NCBI GenBank assembly: GCA_041650715.1
Contig: JBAZKQ010000001.1
Location: 723,913-787,912, forward strand
Source of the DNA: Patescibacteria group bacterium
GTDB lineage: Bacteria > Patescibacteriota > Patescibacteriia > Patescibacteriales > UBA12465
Direction: 5' to 3'
DNA: 64,000 nucleotides
The translations under genes were made by a program, and so were the position numbers. The notes under the pieces were generated by a model. It was not told the origin of the DNA, did not search any database, and was given only the letters and a program-made list of their open reading frames with translations. Of this stretch, positions 18,023 to 27,132 are shown in pieces (positions within the stretch are counted from its first letter, which is position 1; every line of letters begins with the position of its first letter).

Positions 18023-21000
18023 TTATTTTCCGTAATCGACGCGTTTTTTCTTACCTTTATATCCGGTACCGGCTGGGATTAAACAACCGATAATAACGTT
18101 TTCTTTCAGACCCTCGAGATAATCGATTTTGCCGTTAACGGCGGCGTCGATAAGAACGCGAGAGGTTTCTTGAAAGGAGGCGGCGGAGAGGAAGCTGTCG
18201 GTAGTAAGAGATGCCTTGGTAATACCAAGCAATAACTTTTCGGCCTTGGCCGGATTCTTCAGCCCCTTATTCGCTTGCGCCAATACTTCGTCCTCGATTG
18301 TTTCACCCGGCAGGAGCGCGGCGTCGCCGGCTTCTTTCACCAAATAACGGGAGAACATTTGACGCGCAATAATTTCAACGTGCTTATCGTTCAAGGGTTG
18401 ACCCTGAGAACCATAAACATATTGGATTTCTTGAATAATATATTTCTGAGTTTCAAGTTGGCCTTTAAGTTTATATAACTCACGCAAATCGAGACTGCCT
18501 TCAGTCAGCTGCGTGCCCCGTTCAATAACATCACCGTCTTTAACCATTAACATCGTACCCTTCAGAATCGAGAATTCCTTAACTTTCTCCACATCTTTGG
18601 CGACGCTAATGTATTTATCGGTTACCGATGCCTGACCGGCTGATTTCGAGCGCACGACATCGCCGTTGATACTGAAAAGATCAGTGTTTTTGGCGACTTC
18701 GGCCCCATCCTTAACCAAAACCTTGGTTTCCAATTTCTTTTTATCCTTGGCAGTAATACCACTGGACAACTTAATCTCATTAATTTTTTCCGAGAAATAA
18801 TATTTATCGTGGTCCTTGCCTTTGTAGAAAATGCTAAGAATCTTGGCCTGCGGGTTATTTACGGAAATCTCTTTCCCTTCCTGATCTTTAATAATTTTCT
18901 GCGCAAACTCAATTTTAACCCGACCGGCGACATCAGAAATTAAAGCCTTTTTCTTCGGGCTGCGCGCTTCAAAGATTTCTTCAACGCGCGGTAAACCCTG
19001 GGTAATATCGTCCTGACCGGCCACACCACCGGAATGGAAGGTTCTCATAGTTAACTGTGTGCCCGGTTCACCGATAGACTGAGCGGCAATAATTCCGACG
19101 GTCGAACCCATCGCCACGGGCTTATTGTAAGCCAAATCCCAACCGTAACATTTCGCACAAATTCCTTTGTGCATCTTGCAGCTTAGAACCGAACGGACGC
19201 AAGCTTCACTAATATCTTTAGTTTTAACTAATTTAATGTTTTCTTCATTCAAAATTTCTCCAGCCGCAAGTACGAGCTTGCCTTTGACGTCGACAATATC
19301 TTTAGCGACGTAGCGACCGGTCAAACGGCGGAAGAAATCTTCACCGTTCTTCTCGATTTCCGCGCGCTTAAGAGTCATACCGACAGTATCGCCGCAGTCG
19401 TCTTCCGCGATAATAACATCTTGCGAAACATCAACCAAACGACGAGTCAAATAACCGGCGTTAGCTGTTCTTAAAGCGGTATCGGATAAACCTTTACGCA
19501 CACCATGAGTAGAAATAAAATATTCCAATACGCCGAATCCCTGTTTAAAGTTTCCTTTCACCGGTAATTCGATGATGGCGCCACTTGGTGAGGTAACTAA
19601 ACCCTTCATTCCTAAAATCTGTACCGGCTGCGCCCAAGAACCGCGGGCTCCGGAATCAATCATCGAGAAAACTGGCAAAATATCCATCAATCCTTTTTTA
19701 CAAATATCGGCAATCTTATCTTTAGTATTGGTCCATTCTTCAATAACTTTGGCGTAGCGTTCTGATTCGGTGAGTAAACCTTCGTTATATTGTTCCTGAA
19801 TGAGTTCTACTTTTTCATTGGCCAAATCGATTAATTTATCTTTCTCGGGCAGGCTCGGCAAATCGCCGAAACCCCAGGACAAACCAGACTTGGTAATAAA
19901 GGCAAAAGCGCGGTTCTTTAAGCCATCAATAAACTTAACGGTTTCGTCTTCGCCATAAATGCGTAAACATTCACGAATCAAATCTTTTAATTTACTCTTA
20001 CCGACAACATCATTAATGAATTTTAATTTTTCCGGAAGCAACGAGTTAAAAATTAGGCGACCGACAGTTGTCTTAAGCATCTCGCCTTTATATTTAACGC
20101 TAATCGCTTCATGCAAATCAATATAATTACTTTCGTAAGCAAGCAAAGCTTCGTCTTCATTATAGAAATAACGCATTTCGGTGACTGGTTTTTCCAGGAA
20201 ATCTTTTTCCACCAAAGTAATATAATAGGTACCCCAAACAATATCCTGCGCCGGGGCCACGATTGGGTCGCCGGTCGCCGGTTTAAGCAGATTGTGAGTA
20301 GAAAGCATTAAAGTTTCCGCTTCGTGGCGAGCTTCTTTAGTCAGCGGAACATGAACAGCCATTTGGTCACCGTCGAAGTCGGCATTAAAAGCCGTACAAA
20401 CGAGCGGATGAATCTGGATAGCTTTACCTTCGATTAAAATCGGGCGGAAGGCCTGAATACCTAAACGATGCAAAGTTGGTGCACGATTTAAGAGAACGAA
20501 GGCGCCGCGGACGATTTCTTCCAAAATATCCCAAACCTCGTCATGCCCGGCTTCGATATAGCGAGAAGCGCTGCGCACATTATGCACAATTTCTCTTTTA
20601 ATCAATTGGGAAATGATGAAGGGTTTAAATAACTCGAGGGCCATAATCTTCGGTAAACCGCACTGATCCAAATTTAATTTCGGATTAACAACAATAACCG
20701 AACGGCCGGAGTAGTCGACGCGCTTACCGAGTAAATTCTGACGGAAACGGCCCTGTTTACCTTTCAAAGTATCCGCTAAGGATTTCAATTGTCTCTTTTG
20801 ACCAGTTGAAGCAGTTACAGTCTTGGTGTGACGGGCGCTATTATCAATTAAAGCATCAACTGCTTCCTGTAACATTCTTTTTTCGTTGCGGCAGATAACT
20901 TCCGGCGCGTTAAGATCCATTAATTGCTTTAAGCGATTATTACGGTTAATCACGCGACGATATAAATCATTTAAATCGGACGCGGCAAAACGACCGCCGT

Positions 21001-21949
21001 CGAGCGCAACCATCGGACGTAAATCCGGCGGTACTACCGGGAGAACAGTCATAATCATCCATTCCGGACGAATATCATTATTGCGAAAACTCTTAAGCAG
21101 TTTTAAGCGCTTCACTAATTTTTCTTTTTTAGAATCAACCGCGTCCGTTAATTTGCCTTCCAAATTTTCGATGCTGGCCACCAAATCAATCTTCATGAGT
21201 AATTTGCGAATCGCTTCGGCGCCAATCGAGGCTTCAAAAATATGTCCAAATTTCAAACTTAAATTCTGATATTGTTGTTCCGATAAAATTAAGAGGGGTT
21301 TTAATTCTTTTAATTCTTTTTGGGTAACGCCGAAATCTTCGTCTAAGCGCGCCATTCTTTCGGCCTTAGCCTTGGCGGCGTCTTTAATTTCGCTTTCGCC
21401 GTTTTCACCCTTCTCTTCTTTTATTTTTTTAAGGCTATTATTATATTCATTATCAATCCCTTTGACTTTAGATTTATATTCCGCTTTAATCTGCTCAATC
21501 GTTGAGTCCTTAAGAGCGTCGTCAACATCGGTCACGATAAAACTGGCATAATAAATTACTTTTTCCAAAGACTGAATACCGAGATTTAAGAGCAAGCCGA
21601 TTTTAGAAGATAGGCCGCGTAAAAACCAGATATGGGTAGCCGGCACCTGTAAGCTAATATGGCCCATGCGTTCACGACGCACAACACTGCGCGTAACCTC
21701 AACGCCGCATTTATCGCAAACGATACCCTTATAACGGATTTTTTTATATTTACCGCAAGCGCATTCCCAATCCTTGGTCGGACCAAAAATCTTTTCGCAG
21801 AATAAACCGTCTTTCTCCGGTTTTTGCGTGCGATAATTAATCGTTTCCGGGCGCGTTACTTCGCCATGGGACCAATTAAGAATCTCATCGGGCGAAGCCA
21901 ATTTGAGGCGGATGGCGCTGAAATCGCTTGTTTTTATTGGATTTAACAT
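18023..21949 (-). CDS. rpoC: DNA-directed RNA polymerase beta' subunit
   Basis: 1308 aa with the NADFDGD catalytic motif and zinc-binding CxC..CxxC near the N-terminus. Confidence 0.97.
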   Translation of the reverse strand: MLNPIKTSDFSAIRLKLASPDEILNWSHGEVTRPETINYRTQKPEKDGLFCEKIFGPTKDWECACGKYKKIRYKGIVCDKCGVEVTRSVVRRERMGHISLQVPATHIWFLRGLSSKIGLLLNLGIQSLEKVIYYASFIVTDVDDALKDSTIEQIKAEYKSKVKGIDNEYNNSLKKIKEEKGENGESEIKDAAKAKAERMARLDEDFGVTQKELKELKPLLILSEQQYQNLSLKFGHIFEASIGAEAIRKLLMKIDLVASIENLEGKLTDAVDSKKEKLVKRLKLLKSFRNNDIRPEWMIMTVLPVVPPDLRPMVALDGGRFAASDLNDLYRRVINRNNRLKQLMDLNAPEVICRNEKRMLQEAVDALIDNSARHTKTVTASTGQKRQLKSLADTLKGKQGRFRQNLLGKRVDYSGRSVIVVNPKLNLDQCGLPKIMALELFKPFIISQLIKREIVHNVRSASRYIEAGHDEVWDILEEIVRGAFVLLNRAPTLHRLGIQAFRPILIEGKAIQIHPLVCTAFNADFDGDQMAVHVPLTKEARHEAETLMLSTHNLLKPATGDPIVAPAQDIVWGTYYITLVEKDFLEKPVTEMRYFYNEDEALLAYESNYIDLHEAISVKYKGEMLKTTVGRLIFNSLLPEKLKFINDVVGKSKLKDLIRECLRIYGEDETVKFIDGLKNRAFAFITKSGLSWGFGDLPSLPEKDKLIDLANEKVELIQEQYNEGLLTESERYAKVIEEWTNTKDKIADICKKGLMDILPVFSMIDSGARGSWAQPVQILGMKGLVTSPSGAIIELPVKGNFKQGFGVLEYFISTHGVRKGLSDTALRTANAGYLTRRLVDVSQDVIIAEDDCGDTVGMTLKRAEIEKNGEDFFRRLTGRYVAKDIVDVKGKLVLAAGEILNEENIKLVKTKDISEACVRSVLSCKMHKGICAKCYGWDLAYNKPVAMGSTVGIIAAQSIGEPGTQLTMRTFHSGGVAGQDDITQGLPRVEEIFEARSPKKKALISDVAGRVKIEFAQKIIKDQEGKEISVNNPQAKILSIFYKGKDHDKYYFSEKINEIKLSSGITAKDKKKLETKVLVKDGAEVAKNTDLFSINGDVVRSKSAGQASVTDKYISVAKDVEKVKEFSILKGTMLMVKDGDVIERGTQLTEGSLDLRELYKLKGQLETQKYIIQEIQYVYGSQGQPLNDKHVEIIARQMFSRYLVKEAGDAALLPGETIEDEVLAQANKGLKNPAKAEKLLLGITKASLTTDSFLSAASFQETSRVLIDAAVNGKIDYLEGLKENVIIGCLIPAGTGYKGKKKRVDYGK

Positions 21950-21976
21950 ATATTAATAATGGCTAATTAATTATAA

Positions 21977-24900
21977 TTATTCTTTGTCCCCGCCTTCTTC
22001 AAGTAAGGTCGCGATAATTTCCGGCTTATCATAAATAAGCTTTTCATCATTTCTGATTTCTTCATCAATTTCAGTAACTACCTCAGAGGCCGGCTGTCCG
22101 CCGTTACCACCCAAGAGTTCCACGTTTAAGCCTAAGCCCTTGAGCTCACGGATTAAAACGTTGAAGGATTCAGGAACATTTAATTTTTCAATTTCTTCGC
22201 CCTTAATAATAGATTCATAAGCTTTGGAGCGACCAGGAACGTCATCGGATTTAATCGTTAACATTTCCTGTAAAGTGTGGGCGGCGCCATAACCTTCAAG
22301 CGCCCAAACTTCCATTTCTCCGAATCTCTGGCCGCCGAATTGCGCTTTACCGCCTAAAGGCTGCTGCGTGATTAAGGAGTAAGGACCAATAGAACGTTGG
22401 TGGATCTTATCTTCAACCATGTGGTTAAGTTTCAGTACATATTTATAACCGACCGTAATCGTGTGGTCGTAAGCGCTGCCGCTTTTACCGCTATAAAGAG
22501 TTACTTTTCCGTCCTCAGGCAAACCCGCGCGGATAAGTTCTCCCCGAATCTGATCTTCATTAATACCATCAAGCGCCGGGGTCATAACGCGATAACCAAG
22601 TTTCTTCGCAGCAAAACCTAAATGAGTTTCGAGCAATTGGCCGAGGTTCATACGAGAGATAATGCCGAGCGGAGACAAGATAACATCAATCGGTGTGCCG
22701 TCGGCCATATAAGGCATATCTTCAATCGGGACAACCTGAGAAATAACACCCTTATTACCATGGCGACCGGACATTTTATCGCCGACCTGAATCTTTCTTA
22801 AATTAGCGACGGCCACCTGAATAGATTTCAAAACGCCAGCCGATAATTTATCGCCGTCTTCACGCGAGAAAATTTTAATATCAACCACTTTACCGTGTTC
22901 GCCGTGCTCCAAGTATAAAGAGGAGTCGCGCACGTCTTTAGCTTTCTCACCGAAAATCGCGCGTAATAATTTTTCTTCCGCCGATAAAGTAGTTTCACCT
23001 TTCGGCGTAATTTTACCGACTAAAATATCACCGCTCGAAACTTCAGCGCCAATACGGATAATTCCGTCTTCGTCTAAATTCTTTAATTTTTCTTCACTGA
23101 TGTTTGGAATATCATTCGTAATCACTTCCGGACCGAGTTTTGTATCGCGGACATCAATCGTATAATTTTCAATATGGATAGAAGAATAAATATCTTCTTT
23201 AACGAGGCGTTCGGAAATAATAACCGCATCTTCATAATTGAAACCTTCCCAAGTCATGAAAGCAACAAGCACGTTGCGGCCCAAGGATAATTCACCGTTG
23301 TCGATGGCCGGGCCATCCGATAAAATATCTCCCTTCTTTACTTTCTGACCAACATCAACTACCGGGTGCTGGTTAATACAGGTGGAAGAATTAGAACGTA
23401 AAAATTTATTTAAAGGATAACGGTCGAGCGCGCCTTTCTTATTCTGAACTTCAACCGTCGCCGCTTCAACCTTAGTCACAACACCGTCTTCAAGCGCAAT
23501 CGCGACATGGCCGCTATCGCGGGCCGCTCTTTCCTCAACGCCCGTACCAACAATCGGTGCTTCGCTCTTCACGAGCGGCACAGCCTGACGTTGCATGTTC
23601 GTTCCCATGAGGGATCTCTGTCCATCGTTATGTTCCATGAAAGGAATAAGCGAAGTCGCGATAGAAATAATCTGATTAGCGGCCACACCGACGAAGTCGA
23701 TTTTACCAACTTCTTCCATGCCCGGTTGGCCGTGTTTGCGCACTTCAAATTTGCTGACAATAAAATAACCGTCCTTATCAAAAGGCACGGTGGCATCCAC
23801 CGTAATAAATTTTTCTTCTTCAAAAGCATCAAGATAAACAATCTCGTCGGTGACGCGGCTGCCTTTCTTATCGCGCACCACTTTTCGGTAAGGAGTTTCC
23901 AAGAAGCCGTAACTATTTAAGCGGGCATAGCTCGCTAAATGGCCGACTAAACCGATATTCGGACCTTCCGGAGTCGCAATCGGGCAGATACGTCCATAGT
24001 GAGTAGCGTGCACATCGCGGACATCAAAGCCGGCGCGTTCCCGGGTTAAACCACCCGGACCCATCGCTGATAAGCGACGCTTATGTTCGAGTTCAGCTAA
24101 AGGATTAGTTTGATCCATGAATTGGGATAACTGCGAAGACATAAAGAATTCGCGCACCACACCGATAACCGGACGGGCGTTAACTAATTTTGATGGCGTT
24201 AAGGAAACGATATCAGTTGTCGACATACGATCCTTAATAATGCGCTCCATTCTCGCCAAACCGACGCGGAAACGATTTTGAATCAAACCGCCAATCGCGC
24301 GGATACGGCGATTGCCTAAATGATCGATATCATCCTCCAGCTCTTTAGTAATATTTAATCGTATTACTTCTTTAACAATTAAAACTAAATCTTCTTTGCG
24401 TAAAATTCGGTTTTCTTTTTTATTGGCCGGCAAGTTCAATTCGAAACGGCGGTTCAATTTATAACGGCCAACGCGTCCGAAATCGTAACGGTCAAAGCGG
24501 AAAAACATCGAGTAGATTAATTGGCGCGCGTTTTCGACGGAAGCTAAATCTCCCGGACGAATGCGGCGATAAACTTCCTGTAAACCTTCCGCTTCAGTTT
24601 TAGCGGCATCTTTTTCAATAGTCGCTTCGATAAAAGATTTTTCATCCTTATTCTTAACGAGATCGACGTCGGCAAAAAGCTTAATCAGCTCTTCGTCTTT
24701 TTCATAACCAAAAGCCCGGAGCAATGAAGTCACCGCGACTTTTCTTTTACGATCGATGCGCACCCAGAGAACTTTATTTGAATCGGTTTCAATTTCGAGC
24801 CAAGCGCCGCGATTCGGAATAATTTTCGCGCCATAGCATTTCTTCCCTTTAACAAATTCAGCGGTAAACATAACACCGGCGCTACGGATGAGCTGAGAAA

Positions 24901-25276
24901 CAACCACACGTTCAATGCCGTTAACGATAAAAGTTCCCTTCTCGGTCATGAGCGGAAAATCACCCAAGAAAACTTCTTGGTTAATCGCTTTATTCGTTTT
25001 TTTATTAAGCAAGCGCGTCTTAACGCGGAGAGGCGCTTCATAAGTAATATTTTTCTCGCGGCTTTCAATTTCCGAGAATTTCGGTTCGTCTAAATAGTAA
25101 TCTTCGAAATATAATTCTAAATCGCGTCCGATAAAATCGGTGACCGGATTTATCTCATCAAATAATTCGGCTAATCCTTCTTTCAGAAACCAATCATAAG
25201 AATCTTTCTGAATCTCGATTAGGTCAGGCATCGGCATGATAACCTGGAGCTCAGAAAATGATTTTCTTTTAGACAT
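21977..25276 (-). CDS. rpoB: DNA-directed RNA polymerase beta subunit
   Basis: 1099 aa. Conserved RpoB blocks (GRHGNKGVIS, FGEMEVWALE). Immediately upstream of rpoC. Confidence 0.97.
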   Translation of the reverse strand: MSKRKSFSELQVIMPMPDLIEIQKDSYDWFLKEGLAELFDEINPVTDFIGRDLELYFEDYYLDEPKFSEIESREKNITYEAPLRVKTRLLNKKTNKAINQEVFLGDFPLMTEKGTFIVNGIERVVVSQLIRSAGVMFTAEFVKGKKCYGAKIIPNRGAWLEIETDSNKVLWVRIDRKRKVAVTSLLRAFGYEKDEELIKLFADVDLVKNKDEKSFIEATIEKDAAKTEAEGLQEVYRRIRPGDLASVENARQLIYSMFFRFDRYDFGRVGRYKLNRRFELNLPANKKENRILRKEDLVLIVKEVIRLNITKELEDDIDHLGNRRIRAIGGLIQNRFRVGLARMERIIKDRMSTTDIVSLTPSKLVNARPVIGVVREFFMSSQLSQFMDQTNPLAELEHKRRLSAMGPGGLTRERAGFDVRDVHATHYGRICPIATPEGPNIGLVGHLASYARLNSYGFLETPYRKVVRDKKGSRVTDEIVYLDAFEEEKFITVDATVPFDKDGYFIVSKFEVRKHGQPGMEEVGKIDFVGVAANQIISIATSLIPFMEHNDGQRSLMGTNMQRQAVPLVKSEAPIVGTGVEERAARDSGHVAIALEDGVVTKVEAATVEVQNKKGALDRYPLNKFLRSNSSTCINQHPVVDVGQKVKKGDILSDGPAIDNGELSLGRNVLVAFMTWEGFNYEDAVIISERLVKEDIYSSIHIENYTIDVRDTKLGPEVITNDIPNISEEKLKNLDEDGIIRIGAEVSSGDILVGKITPKGETTLSAEEKLLRAIFGEKAKDVRDSSLYLEHGEHGKVVDIKIFSREDGDKLSAGVLKSIQVAVANLRKIQVGDKMSGRHGNKGVISQVVPIEDMPYMADGTPIDVILSPLGIISRMNLGQLLETHLGFAAKKLGYRVMTPALDGINEDQIRGELIRAGLPEDGKVTLYSGKSGSAYDHTITVGYKYVLKLNHMVEDKIHQRSIGPYSLITQQPLGGKAQFGGQRFGEMEVWALEGYGAAHTLQEMLTIKSDDVPGRSKAYESIIKGEEIEKLNVPESFNVLIRELKGLGLNVELLGGNGGQPASEVVTEIDEEIRNDEKLIYDKPEIIATLLEEGGDKE

Positions 25277-25446
25277 AGGACGTATATTTTATAAAATATT
25301 TATGTAAAACAAAAGAAAAAATAAAGGGCTCGATGATTTTTTAACAAAAAAATCCCAATCCCAAATTGGCTTGAGTTCAAGTCTATTTAATTAATTATTT
25401 TTTCGATAAATCACTTTTTTTAGATAAAAAAGTGTTAATGCCTTTA

Positions 25447-26904
25447 TTATATATCCTTAATGGCTGCCTTGTCAATATCAATTCTCGCCATAATTTCCGC
25501 GTGGACAACTAATCTTTCATCCCAGGGGAGTTTCGTGCCATTTGGCCCGCAAATTGCCTGCTCGGCGCCCTTACCCGTGAAGAGCAATAAATCGCCCTCT
25601 TTGGCTAATTCAAGCGCTTTTTTAACCGCCTCCCGCCTATCAAGAATTTTAAATAAGTCGACATTAAGGGTTTTACCCGCCTCTTCGGCACCGGCCGCCA
25701 CCTGATTTATAATTTGAGCCGGGTCCTCGTCATAAGGATCTTCATTGGTGACAATAACAATATCTGCGTTGTCGGCGGCAATTTTGCCCAAAATCGGTCG
25801 CCGCGCAGCATCTCGTCCACCCCCGGTCGAGCCTAATAGATGAATTACCTTTTCGCGCGGCACGAGGGCAAGCGCCTGATAAAGTTTAGCGAGGGCCATC
25901 GGCTCGAATGAGTAATCAACAATGGCCGTATAATTTTGCCCGGCCGCAATAAGTTCAATCTTCCCTGCCAAGCCGCGAACGCTTTCTAAGCCGAGCCGCA
26001 GTTTTTCTGAATTAATATTTTGGTTAATACCAACCGCATAGGCGGCCAGCGCGTTAAACGCATTAAATTCTCCCAGGAGATTTAATTTAATTAGGTCCTG
26101 CTCTCCCCCCTCGATACGGAAAGAAATACCCTCAACTCCGGAACTAATATCCGCCCCCTTAACCAAAGAAAAATCTTTAACTGCCGCTTCACTCGGTAAT
26201 TGCCTGAGTAGTTCATCTAAGGAAAACCCGGCACGGAAAGAGCACACAATTTTTGCTTCAGCCCAAAAACCCAGGAAATACGGGGCATTTTCGTCATCGC
26301 CATTAGCAATAATCGTTTTCACAACACGTGTTAATTCCAGTTTTTTTAGATTACTCATCGGTTTAACCACCTGTCTTTTCTCGTTAACATATTTAACGGA
26401 GCAATCTTTTAAATGGGCAAAAAGTTTTCCCTTGGCCTCTTTATACTTTTCAAAATTACCATGAGCCTCAATATGCTCGGGATATAAATTTGTAAAAACA
26501 ATCGTATCGTAATTAATAAAGCGATGACGGAATTGCTTAATGCCCTCAGAGGTCGTTTCGACGATTGCATAGCGGCAATTATTTTTTAGCATCAGCTTTA
26601 AAGTTTTCTGAATAAAAAAGCGACCCGGCATGGTCATCTTTTTATCATTCAACCATTCCTCGTCGCCATCCGAAAAAACCGCAGTCGAGGTGAAGCCCGT
26701 TTTATAACCGGCCGCTGAGAGCATTTTTGCCAAAAGGTAGACAGTCGAAGTCTTGCCGGCCGTTCCAGTCACGCCGATAACAATCATCTTCCGGCTTGGA
26801 AAACCATAGCTAATAGCTGCCGCCAGGGCAACCATAAAATGATAAACCGGTTGAAAAAAATGAAACAGTTTTAAGGGAATTAGTTTTTTGATTTTATTAA
26901 GCAT
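25447..26904 (-). CDS. murE: Mur ligase family protein, MurE-like
   Basis: GVTGTAGKTST P-loop and a DRREAVKKALELAKEGDLLLFTGKGAEQ C-terminus. I chose the start at internal ATG 26904 (MLNKIKK). The track's 20 extra codons overlap the ftsK terminator U-tract, and a TATAAT box lies 7 nt upstream of 26904. Confidence 0.75.
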   Translation of the reverse strand: MLNKIKKLIPLKLFHFFQPVYHFMVALAAAISYGFPSRKMIVIGVTGTAGKTSTVYLLAKMLSAAGYKTGFTSTAVFSDGDEEWLNDKKMTMPGRFFIQKTLKLMLKNNCRYAIVETTSEGIKQFRHRFINYDTIVFTNLYPEHIEAHGNFEKYKEAKGKLFAHLKDCSVKYVNEKRQVVKPMSNLKKLELTRVVKTIIANGDDENAPYFLGFWAEAKIVCSFRAGFSLDELLRQLPSEAAVKDFSLVKGADISSGVEGISFRIEGGEQDLIKLNLLGEFNAFNALAAYAVGINQNINSEKLRLGLESVRGLAGKIELIAAGQNYTAIVDYSFEPMALAKLYQALALVPREKVIHLLGSTGGGRDAARRPILGKIAADNADIVIVTNEDPYDEDPAQIINQVAAGAEEAGKTLNVDLFKILDRREAVKKALELAKEGDLLLFTGKGAEQAICGPNGTKLPWDERLVVHAEIMARIDIDKAAIKDI

Positions 26905-26945
26905 ATAGACCATTATAACAGGAAATGGCGTAAAGTAAAAAGCAC

Positions 26946-26985
26946 CCCAAAAAACAAAAACCACCCCGATTCCGAGGGGTGGCTT
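26946..26985 (-). terminator. intrinsic terminator downstream of ftsK
   Basis: Minus strand reads CCACCCC-UCGGAAUC-GGGGUGG followed by UUUUUGUUUUUU. Confidence 0.7.
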
Positions 26986-27132
26986 TGTTTAATTTATTCT
27001 ATTTATTTCAAGCACCAAACGAGCTTAATATTTTATCACTTTCTCGTTTGATAATCTTAAATAATAATACGGATGATTAGTTAAATTGTTACAAAATCTT
27101 GACAAAATCTTGTATTTTAATTAATCACGCCC

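Noticed and set aside
26905-26964. 20-codon N-terminal extension of the MurE-like ORF (MVFVFWGAFYFTPFPVIMVY).
   Set aside because: These codons are the U-tract and downstream flank of the ftsK terminator, and they contain the TATAAT box. ATG 26904 is more plausible.
27091-27112. Tandem 2 x 11-nt direct repeat (ACAAAATCTTG) in the ~150-nt spacer between the ftsK stop and its terminator, plus a CAAACGAG...CTCGTTTG hairpin nearby.
   Set aside because: It is too short to interpret and could be a chance duplication. It is noted only in case a 3'-UTR-derived sRNA is found.
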